Source of the DNA: an uncultured Candidatus Melainabacteria bacterium
GTDB taxonomy: Bacteria; Cyanobacteriota; Vampirovibrionia; Gastranaerophilales; Gastranaerophilaceae
Reading direction: 5' to 3'
Assembly: GCA_947364235.1 (NCBI GenBank)
Contig: CANARY010000003.1
Coordinates: forward strand, 184,868-248,867
DNA: 64,000 bases
The notes below the pieces were generated by a model. It searched no databases. It saw only the letters and a list, made by a program, of their open reading frames with translations, and had not been told where the DNA came from. The translations under genes and the position numbers were made by a program. How positions within the stretch are numbered: the first letter of the stretch is position 1; each line of letters starts with the position of its first letter. Shown here piece by piece: positions 56,793-64,000 of this stretch.

Positions 56793-58958
56793 TTACAGCC
56801 CGCAAGCGCAAACGCCGTCTTTGCAGCAATATCCTAAAGCTTCTTGAGCTTCAGACATTCTTACTTTGATACGTCCGTCAACTGCGATGCCTTCGCCTGT
56901 TTTTTCAGAAATCAATAATGGGTTGATGTCTAACTCATCAATGAATTTGAAATCGTTAACAAGTTGAGAAAGTCTCAATAATGTTTCTTCGATTTGTTCC
57001 ATCTGAGCAGGTTTTGTACCGCGAGCGCCTTCAAGAAGTTTGTAAGCCTTAACAGACTTAATCATTTCTTTAGCATCAATGTCTGTTAGAGGAGCGATTC
57101 TGAAAGTTACATCTTTCATAACTTCGATAAATACGCCGCCTAAACCGAACATCATCATCGGACCATACTGAGGGTCAGTTGCGATACCGCAAACCATTTC
57201 TCTGTTGCCTTTTACCATTTCTTGGATGATAACACCTTCAAGACCGTCAATTAAGCCTTTTTCTGTAAGCTTAGCAATTAAGTCTTGATACTCAGCTCTA
57301 AGTTGTGCTTCTGATTGGATGTTAACTCTTACACCGCCAACATCTGTTTTGTGAGAAGTTGTTTTTGAAGTCATCTTCATAACTACAGGGTAGTCGATAG
57401 AGTTAGCAATTGTAACAGCTTCTTCTTCGGTTGTAGCGAAGCCTGATTTACAAACTCTGATACCGTAAGCGTCAAGAACATCGATAGATTCACGTGTTGT
57501 AAGCTGTTCTCTGCCTTCATTAATTGATTGAGCGATAATTTCTTTAGCGCGTTTATAATCAACATTGAAAGAAGGGATTTTGCCTTCAGGTCTTTCCATC
57601 CATTTTCTTTGCTGGTTCAATCTGTTCAAACCGTCAGCAGCTTCTTCTGCGTACATAAAGAATGGCATGTTAACATCCATATCTGACAATGTAGAGAAGA
57701 ATTCTGATTTTGTCATAAATACACCGATAACAGGTTTTTGAGGGTTTTTAGCTTTAATTTCCATTAACGCTTTTGCAACGTCAATATCTTTTAAGCCTAA
57801 GAATGGAAGATAGATTGTGATAATCATATCAACATTTTCATCAGCGATAACTGTTTCTAAAGTTTGCTTGTAGTGCTCAATTGGAGCAGAAGCAATCATA
57901 TCAATTGGGTTCTTAACAGAAGCAGCTGAAGGTAAGAAACTTCTAAGTTTTTCTTTAGTTTCTTTGCTAATTTTAGCGATTTGCATACCGTGTTCGCAAA
58001 TTGCGTCAGTAGCCATGATACCAGGACCGCCTGAGTTAGTGATGATTGCAACTCTGTCACCTTTTGGAATAGGGCAGTTAGCAAAAACTTTTGCTGTAGC
58101 AAATAAATCTTTTAAAGAATATTCTCTGATAACACCTGATTGGTTAAGTAAAGCATTTGCAGCTTTGTCAGCACCTGCTAAAGAGCCTGTGTGAGAAGAT
58201 GCTGCGCTTGCACCTGCTGCAGAACGTCCTGCTTTAAGTGCAAGAACAGGTTTCTTTTTAGAAATTCTTGAAGCAAGCTTTCTGAAGTTTGCAGGGTTCT
58301 GGATTGACTCCATATAAAGAAGAATTTGTTCAACGTCTTCTTCATTTTCCCAGTATTCAAGAGCTGTTTCTGCGTTAACGTCAGCCTGGTTGCCGATAGA
58401 AATGAATTGTGCGAAACCAAGGTTAAGGTCTTTAAGTATGTTTAAGATACCGCCGCCTAAAGCACCAGATTGTGAAACGAAACCGATGTTTCCGCGTTCA
58501 GGTAATGATTCTGCGAAGCATCCGTCAAGTCTGATGTCTGGATGAGTGTTAACAACGCCTAAGCAGTTAGGACCAACGCATCTCATACCATATTCTCTAA
58601 CCTTTGCAAGAAGTGCTTTTTCAGCTTCTGCACCTTCTTTGCCTGTTTCTTTAAAGCCTGCTGTAATAATACAAAGACCTTTGATACCTTTTTGGTGGCA
58701 CTGGTCGATTGTATCAAGAACGAATTTTGCGTTAACAACGATGATTGCTAAATCAACTTCGCCTGGAACTTCTAAGATAGAAGTATATGCTTGCAAACCT
58801 TCGATAACTCCGCCTTTTGGGTTAACCGGATAAATATTACCGTTGAATTTGTATTCTTGTAATCTTTTCATAATGTCGGAACCAATTGTGTGTTCTTTGG
58901 TAGATGCACCGATAACTGCAACTGATTTCGGCTTCATAATTTTGTCTAAATTAGTCAT
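56793..58958 (-). CDS. ADP-forming acetate/acyl-CoA ligase (fused alpha+beta: CoA-binding + ATP-grasp)
   Basis: VAVIGAS, GPNCLG, SQSGALG, SIGNQAD, SHTGSLAG, HKTDVGGV, FGLGGVF.EV, LDINPL. Confidence 0.93.
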   Translation of the reverse strand: MTNLDKIMKPKSVAVIGASTKEHTIGSDIMKRLQEYKFNGNIYPVNPKGGVIEGLQAYTSILEVPGEVDLAIIVVNAKFVLDTIDQCHQKGIKGLCIITAGFKETGKEGAEAEKALLAKVREYGMRCVGPNCLGVVNTHPDIRLDGCFAESLPERGNIGFVSQSGALGGGILNILKDLNLGFAQFISIGNQADVNAETALEYWENEEDVEQILLYMESIQNPANFRKLASRISKKKPVLALKAGRSAAGASAASSHTGSLAGADKAANALLNQSGVIREYSLKDLFATAKVFANCPIPKGDRVAIITNSGGPGIMATDAICEHGMQIAKISKETKEKLRSFLPSAASVKNPIDMIASAPIEHYKQTLETVIADENVDMIITIYLPFLGLKDIDVAKALMEIKAKNPQKPVIGVFMTKSEFFSTLSDMDVNMPFFMYAEEAADGLNRLNQQRKWMERPEGKIPSFNVDYKRAKEIIAQSINEGREQLTTRESIDVLDAYGIRVCKSGFATTEEEAVTIANSIDYPVVMKMTSKTTSHKTDVGGVRVNIQSEAQLRAEYQDLIAKLTEKGLIDGLEGVIIQEMVKGNREMVCGIATDPQYGPMMMFGLGGVFIEVMKDVTFRIAPLTDIDAKEMIKSVKAYKLLEGARGTKPAQMEQIEETLLRLSQLVNDFKFIDELDINPLLISEKTGEGIAVDGRIKVRMSEAQEALGYCCKDGVCACGL

Positions 58959-59087
58959 TATAGCCTCTTCCTTTCTTTTCGTACATTACAAAATAAATTA
59001 TATTACAAACAGGGGTAAATGTAGTAATAGAATCTTTAAATTTGTTAATATTTTTAAAAAGATGCGCCTTTAAGACACATCTTTAAT

Positions 59088-59426
59088 TCAAATTTTTGTT
59101 TCCCAGTAAGCTGTAATTATTTTATTAAAATACTTTAAATCATTTATACCGGCGTTTTTTAGCTTTTGGTTAATTTCTTTTTTTAACTCAGCTGCAGTAT
59201 AAGTTTTTTCTTCTTCAAAATCAAACAAATCGTTTATGCTGCAATCAAGTGCTTTAGAGAGCTTTTCGATATTTTCTTTGCGGGGAAAACGGCTGCCGCA
59301 TTCTATGCGAGAAAGTGACAGTGGCTCTATACCAATTAATTCAGAAAGTCTTTCTTGTGTAAGTCCTCTCTTCTTGCGCATTAGTCGTATTCTTTGCCCT
59401 AAAAGTTTTTTTACGTCTGTTTCCAT
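59088..59426 (-). CDS. XRE/Cro-C1 helix-turn-helix regulator
   Basis: LGQRIRLMRKKRGLTQERLSE, LSRIECG..FP; TATTAT 6 nt before the ATG. Confidence 0.9.
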   Translation of the reverse strand: METDVKKLLGQRIRLMRKKRGLTQERLSELIGIEPLSLSRIECGSRFPRKENIEKLSKALDCSINDLFDFEEEKTYTAAELKKEINQKLKNAGINDLKYFNKIITAYWETKI

Positions 59427-59464
59427 ATAGACATAATACGTATATTAATGACTTTAAATAACAT

Positions 59465-59505
59465 CATAATTGGTATACCATGAGAATATATATGTACCAA
59501 TTGTG
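59465..59505. promoter_or_regulatory. Inverted repeat in the divergent XRE/LuxR promoter region
   Basis: CATAATTGGTATA versus TGTACCAATTGTG (11/13 complementary), 15-nt spacer. Confidence 0.5.
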
Positions 59506-59516
59506 ATTATAAATAT

Positions 59517-60035
59517 ATGTCTAAATTCTCAGAATACTTCAATTCAACATATTCAAAGCTTTCAGAAGAAAAGCTGACAGTAACATCAAGCCAATTATGT
59601 CTGCTTAAACTTCTTGCAGGCGGTGCGGTTCTGCGGGAAATTGCGCTAATGTGCGGTAAGAAATATGAAAATATAAAGAAACGAACTAATAACCTTTATA
59701 AAAAATTTAGAGTTACAAATCGTGCTGATTTAATCAGAGAAGCAATTAATATGGAATTGATTAAAACCGGTGATGTAACAAGGCGTTTCAAAAAGAGATT
59801 TATAAAACGCGAATTTTTACAAGATGACTGCCGGTTTCAGGATTTGACGGATGAAGAGGTTCAATATCTTAATCTTGTATCAAAAGGTAAAACCCAAAAA
59901 GAAATTATATACATTATGAATTTTTACGGTCTTTATCCTGCTCAATATGTTAGAAAATGTATATGCTGGAAACTTAATTGTAAAAATATGACACAGGCAG
60001 TAAGGGCAGCTTTTATATTGAAAATAATAAAATAA
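59517..60035 (+). CDS. Protein with two tandem LuxR-type HTH domains
   Basis: LT.SQ..LL.LLA.G....EIA.......IK....NLYKK..V.NR and LTDEE...L.LV.KG.TQKEI........KL..KN.TQAV. Confidence 0.7.
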   Translation: MSKFSEYFNSTYSKLSEEKLTVTSSQLCLLKLLAGGAVLREIALMCGKKYENIKKRTNNLYKKFRVTNRADLIREAINMELIKTGDVTRRFKKRFIKREFLQDDCRFQDLTDEEVQYLNLVSKGKTQKEIIYIMNFYGLYPAQYVRKCICWKLNCKNMTQAVRAAFILKIIK

Positions 60036-60136
60036 TTTATTCCCCGCTGCGGATGTGATAAAATGCTTTGTCTGAGTGCAATACAAGTTAAAATTGGCAT
60101 GAGTTTCTACAACTTTTTTAAATGTCTGACTTAATG

Positions 60137-60159
60137 ATATACATGACGAGCATGTATAT
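60137..60159. promoter_or_regulatory. Perfect 9-bp inverted repeat upstream of the third XRE gene
   Basis: ATATACATG-acgag-CATGTATAT. Confidence 0.55.
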
Positions 60160-60211
60160 ATGAATAATCGGCATGGTGGTTGTTGTTTGCTAGATAGGCT
60201 ATTCTACTATT

Positions 60212-60535
60212 ATGGATACTTTCTTGAAGAAATTTGGTAAGCAAATAAAAGGATTTAGAGAATTAAGAGGCTTGACACAGGAAGCACTAGCTGAAAAAGT
60301 GGATGTTGCAACAAACACAATCAGTGCTTGGGAAAATGGAAAATTCTTTTTAGAGTATCCTTCTATTTTAAAGTTGTGTGAAGCTTTAGAAATAACTGTA
60401 GAGGATTTATTTAGTTTTGCTTGTCCGTCAAATTCTTCTGATGCATCTTATTTGGCTCAAATTATTACCCTTGTAAAACAGCTTTCGCCTCAGAAGCAAA
60501 AACAAATTCTTAATATTCTGAAAACTTTTGAGTAA
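60212..60535 (+). CDS. XRE/Cro-C1 helix-turn-helix regulator
   Basis: FGKQIKGFRELRGLTQEALAEKV...ISAWENG...LKLCEALE. Confidence 0.9.
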   Translation: MDTFLKKFGKQIKGFRELRGLTQEALAEKVDVATNTISAWENGKFFLEYPSILKLCEALEITVEDLFSFACPSNSSDASYLAQIITLVKQLSPQKQKQILNILKTFE

Positions 60536-60602
60536 TTAAAAAGCATAAAGTTTTCTTTCATTAAATTGACGCTAATAATAATATTTTGTTAGAATAGTTT
60601 TC

Positions 60603-61217
60603 ATGAAAAATTTTTTATTGATTATAGTTTGTTCAATCTACACATTGCCTTCTTATGCTAGTGTTAAAGATATAGAGCAAGATTTAACAAATTGTTTAAA
60701 AGGCAAGTATTTGAGTTGGCAAATGCAGGCTTGCTCATTAGAAGCATACGAAAAATGTGAAGCTGAAATTATGCTTTTGTTTCGCAATAATGCATTGAAC
60801 AATAAAGCTTTACAGTATAATCAGACTTTGTGGAATGATTATAAGAAATCTGTGAGAAAATCAGTAATCAATCCTCTTAATAGTGCTACCGGAAGTCTTT
60901 TTCAAGAATTCGCTGCTTCTAATTTATATTATTTGGAGCATAACAGGCTTATTATTTTGGGGTATTATCTAAAAGATTGCAATTATCAAACAGAAAATAA
61001 TCGTTATGAAAAACAGATAACAAAATATCTTGCAGAGCTAAAAAATTATATGACTGATGAGCAGTATAGTTTGTTATTAAAAAATCAAAAAGATTGGCAA
61101 TTGTATAAAAATAATACAATAGCACTTCTACCTGTAAAAAAAGAACAAGTATCAGCAATTATGACTCAAGAACGTAATAGTCAATTATTTTCTCTTTTGC
61201 AGATATATGCGCAATGA
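60603..61217 (+). CDS. Exported LprI/DUF1311-like protein (two repeats)
   Basis: Signal peptide; C...M..C...Y, L...Q..W..YK occurring twice. TTGACG-18-TAGAAT promoter 7 nt before the ATG. Confidence 0.65.
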   Translation: MKNFLLIIVCSIYTLPSYASVKDIEQDLTNCLKGKYLSWQMQACSLEAYEKCEAEIMLLFRNNALNNKALQYNQTLWNDYKKSVRKSVINPLNSATGSLFQEFAASNLYYLEHNRLIILGYYLKDCNYQTENNRYEKQITKYLAELKNYMTDEQYSLLLKNQKDWQLYKNNTIALLPVKKEQVSAIMTQERNSQLFSLLQIYAQ

Positions 61218-61373
61218 TCTCTGTACCTTATCAATTTTTCCTACGCTTCTTCAAATGAGATTTGTTTCAAAAAATTAAGTACTTATATATAATACTACCG
61301 CCTATATTTTTATTTACGATAAAATTTTATATTTATGCTAGAATTGAGAAAAAAGATGAAAGGAATTAATAAA

Positions 61374-62171
61374 ATGGAAAAATTAGCAGATATTGGCGTT
61401 TTTGGCGGTTCAGGTTTTTATAAGTTTTTAGAAGATATTAAAGAAGTTAAGGTTGAAACTCCTTATGGAATGCCGTCTGATAGTTTATTCATCGGTAAAA
61501 TTGGTTCGCATAAAGTTGCTTTTATGCCGCGTCACGGCAGAAGCCACACTATTTTGCCGCATCTTATTAATTATAGAGCAAATGTTTGGGCTATGAAAGA
61601 AGTCGGCTGCAAACGCGTAATTTCACCTTGTGCAGCAGGAAGCTTGCAAAAACACGTTGCTCCCGGTCATTTTGTAATTTGCGACCAGTTTGTTGATTGG
61701 ACAGACGGAAGAAAATCAACTTTCTTTGAAGGTCCAATCGTAACTCATCCGTCTCCTGCTGAGACTTATTGTCCGGAGCTTAGAAAGCTGGCTGCTGAAA
61801 CAGCAAAAGAACTTGGAATTACTGTTCACGAAACAGGTACAGTTGTTGTTATTAATGGACCAAGGTTCTCTACAAAAGCTGAGTCTAAATTCTTTACAAA
61901 TCAGGGATGGGAAGTTATCAATATGACTGCTTTTCCGGAAGCTTATCTTGTTAAAGAAATGGATATGTGTCCGCTTAATATTTCTTTGATTACAGATTAT
62001 GATGCAGGACTTGTAGGTGATGTGCCTCCGGTTTCTCACCATGAAGTTATTCAGGTGTTTAATAACAACTTGGATAATTTGAAAAAGCTTTTATTTACTA
62101 TGATAGAAAAAATTCCTGCTGAAAATAACAGCTGCGAATGTGCTAATACAAGAAAGAACTCGCAATTATAG
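61374..62171 (+). CDS. mtnP: S-methyl-5'-thioadenosine phosphorylase
   Basis: GVFGGSG, TPYG.PS, RHG..H, NYRAN, GPRFST.AE, NMT..PEA, TDYD. Start at ATG 61374 (AAGGA SD). Confidence 0.93.
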   Translation: MEKLADIGVFGGSGFYKFLEDIKEVKVETPYGMPSDSLFIGKIGSHKVAFMPRHGRSHTILPHLINYRANVWAMKEVGCKRVISPCAAGSLQKHVAPGHFVICDQFVDWTDGRKSTFFEGPIVTHPSPAETYCPELRKLAAETAKELGITVHETGTVVVINGPRFSTKAESKFFTNQGWEVINMTAFPEAYLVKEMDMCPLNISLITDYDAGLVGDVPPVSHHEVIQVFNNNLDNLKKLLFTMIEKIPAENNSCECANTRKNSQL

Positions 62172-62180
62172 GGAGAAATT

Positions 62181-62447
62181 ATGCTGTCAAGCGTTCTTGC
62201 AAAACTTTTTTATTTTTATTACTTATTAATAATTATAAGAATATTTTTAACTTGGATACCAAACATTGATTGGCAAACTCAGCCTTTTGCGTGGATTCGT
62301 TCTATTGTGGATCCGTTTTTAAATATATTTAGAGGAGTCATTCCGCCAATCGGAGGTGTGCTTGACATTTCTCCTATCATTGCAATAATCCTGCTCCAAT
62401 TAATGCAAGGCTTAATTTTAGGCGCATTACAAGGTATGGGGTTATGA
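62181..62447 (+). CDS. yggT: YggT family membrane protein
   Basis: RIFLTW.P.IDW...P......VDP.L..FR..IP..GG.LDISP. Confidence 0.92.
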   Translation: MLSSVLAKLFYFYYLLIIIRIFLTWIPNIDWQTQPFAWIRSIVDPFLNIFRGVIPPIGGVLDISPIIAIILLQLMQGLILGALQGMGL

Positions 62448-63730
62448 TTGATGACTCTGCCGAAACTTTAAACGCTTTTGTAACCATTCTTTTTAATAAA
62501 AGAGATTACAAAAAAGCGGTTGAGCTGGCAGAGAAGATGTTTGAAATTTATCCAAACGATATTCGTTCGATTGTGAATAAAGTTAAAGCTCTTACGCATT
62601 CCGGAAAAATGATGGAAGCGGAAAAGTTTTGTCTTGAAAATTTACAGAAGCACCAAGATTCAGCTTCTCTTTGGTTTCAGATGGGTTTTTTGCAAGAGCT
62701 GATTTACTGTAATGATAGAAAAGCAATTGAATGTTATAAAGCAGCGGCAGAGCTGGGAAATGCTGCTGCTGAGTACAATATTGCAGTTGCATATCAAAAA
62801 CTTGGCGAGTTTTCTGAAGCAGAAAAATATTACAAACAAATGCTTCAAAAGTTTCCGGATGATATTAATTCAATCACATCTCTCGGGATGTGTTATTTAA
62901 CTCAAAAGAAGTTTAAAGAAGGGTACGATTTATATTTTAAGCGCGATAAGTCAAAGTTCAAAGATTTATCACGTAATTTCTGGCAGCCTGATGATGATTT
63001 ATCAGAAGAGATTAATGTAATTTGTGATCAAGGATATGGTGATCATATAATGTTTTCACGATATTTCAGACTTTTAAAAGGGCTCAAGGTTAATGTCGGG
63101 GCAAGGGAAAGTTTAAGAGAATTCTTTCAAACTAATTTTCCGGAGATTAATTTTATTAAATATGAGGATTTAAATCCGGATATTCAAACCGTTTTTATAA
63201 CAGATTTACCTTATGTTTTGGGTGCAGACTTTGAACATATTCCTGAATATACTTTGGAGGCGGCGCCGGCTGAGATTTTGAGTAATAAGCTGAAAGTTGG
63301 TTTTTGTTGGGAAGCCGGCGCCGCCGGAATAAGAACAATGATTAACCGCACTATTCACGTGAAATTTTTTGAAAAAATGTTTAATCTTGAAAAGGTTCAA
63401 GTGTATTCTTTTCAGTATGATGATACATTGGGCGGGAATGAAAAATATCCGCAGATGATTAATCTCGCAAAAGATTTTAAAAATTTTACTGCTACTGCAA
63501 GCGCCTTAAAAGCAATGGATGTGGTTGTAACAGTTGATACTTCCATTGCGCACTTATCAGGCGCTCTTGGAGTAAAGACATTTTTGCTTTTACCTTATGC
63601 GAGTGACTGGAGATGGTTTGAGGATACAAAAACAACTCCTTGGTATAGAAGTGTGGAAATTTTTAAGCAAAAAGATTGTATTTCTTGGGAAAGGGAAATA
63701 GAAGATATTGTTAAAAGAATAACAAGCTAA
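62444..63730 (+). CDS. TPR protein with C-terminal GT9-like glycosyltransferase domain
   Basis: N-terminal TPRs; DQGYGD.IMF.RY, D.V.TVDTS.AHL.GALG, WRW, PWY.S...F.Q. Confidence 0.88.
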   Translation: MIDDSAETLNAFVTILFNKRDYKKAVELAEKMFEIYPNDIRSIVNKVKALTHSGKMMEAEKFCLENLQKHQDSASLWFQMGFLQELIYCNDRKAIECYKAAAELGNAAAEYNIAVAYQKLGEFSEAEKYYKQMLQKFPDDINSITSLGMCYLTQKKFKEGYDLYFKRDKSKFKDLSRNFWQPDDDLSEEINVICDQGYGDHIMFSRYFRLLKGLKVNVGARESLREFFQTNFPEINFIKYEDLNPDIQTVFITDLPYVLGADFEHIPEYTLEAAPAEILSNKLKVGFCWEAGAAGIRTMINRTIHVKFFEKMFNLEKVQVYSFQYDDTLGGNEKYPQMINLAKDFKNFTATASALKAMDVVVTVDTSIAHLSGALGVKTFLLLPYASDWRWFEDTKTTPWYRSVEIFKQKDCISWEREIEDIVKRITS

Positions 63731-63736
63731 CGTATA

Positions 63737-64000
63737 TTATACTCCAGAACCTTTAACTTCAATTTTTTTAAGCCTTTGTTCAATTCTTCTATACCATTTT
63801 AATTTTCTTTGGAATAAAGTATCATATCCTTTAAAATTTCCGCGGCTGACATCGTAGAACTGTTTATCACAAAGAGCTTCAAGCTTTTGTTCAATAAAAT
63901 GAGTGTATTCTTTTCTATCAACTTTGTCGTTGTTAAGCTCAATAACTTCGCCCATTTCAACAAGAACTTCCGGACGGTTGTCACGTAAGAACATGTAATT
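63737..64000 (-). CDS. C-terminal fragment of a probable lysophospholipid acyltransferase-family protein (begins beyond the window)
   Basis: Open frame through position 64000: NYMFLRDNRPEVLVEMG...LEALCD; family call is tentative. Confidence 0.5.
   Translation of the reverse strand, partial: NYMFLRDNRPEVLVEMGEVIELNNDKVDRKEYTHFIEQKLEALCDKQFYDVSRGNFKGYDTLFQRKLKWYRRIEQRLKKIEVKGSGV

Noticed and set aside
28051-59450. Identical 11-mer GTATATTAATG upstream of two XRE genes (28051 and 59440)
   Set aside because: Very AT-rich and at different distances from the starts; chance is plausible.
59088-61334. Prophage or ICE call for the XRE/LuxR islet
   Set aside because: No integrase, att repeats, tRNA target or structural genes.
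1151-63984. The many 60-137 aa ORFs in the track that overlap or lie antisense to long genes (e.g. 4637-5005, 6486-6884, 37068-37481, 44498-44905)
   Set aside because: They are shadow frames of well-supported genes, with no SD or promoter and no recognisable motifs.

Overview
AT-rich bacterial chromosome segment with about 62 supportable CDS. It is most likely from a non-photosynthetic cyanobacterial relative (Vampirovibrionia/Melainabacteria, Gastranaerophilales-like). That assignment is an inference from low GC, diderm envelope genes (lptC, OstA/LptA-like, MlaA), flagellar genes, giant pilin-like genes, yggS-sepF and YggT, and the absence of photosynthesis genes. Most of the window is housekeeping: glgC end, miaA, secDF, dapA, panCB, yvcK, pxpA, proB, thrC, hom, mpg, uvrB, sepF, yggS, dprA, topA, an M16 peptidase, ADP-forming acyl-CoA ligase and mtnP. 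I saw no rRNA, tRNA, CRISPR array, integrase or transposase. Best leads: (1) 26412-27296 looks like a bacterial homolog of the eukaryotic mitochondrial fission protein MTFP1/MTP18, with a large insertion. (2) An MlaA plus alpha/beta-hydrolase fusion resembling a fused MlaZ-MlaY lipid-asymmetry system. (3) At least 13 genes have a -10 box 6-7 nt before the ATG and no Shine-Dalgarno, suggesting pervasive leaderless mRNAs. (4) Two parallel fliJ-fliK-hook/rod operons, a sigma-28 promoter driving an 80-aa NPF-repeat protein, and a shared N-terminal motif on orphan proteins that might be an export signal. (5) A cluster of 9 CATG sites in 173 nt. All homology calls come from motif recognition by eye; no searches were run.
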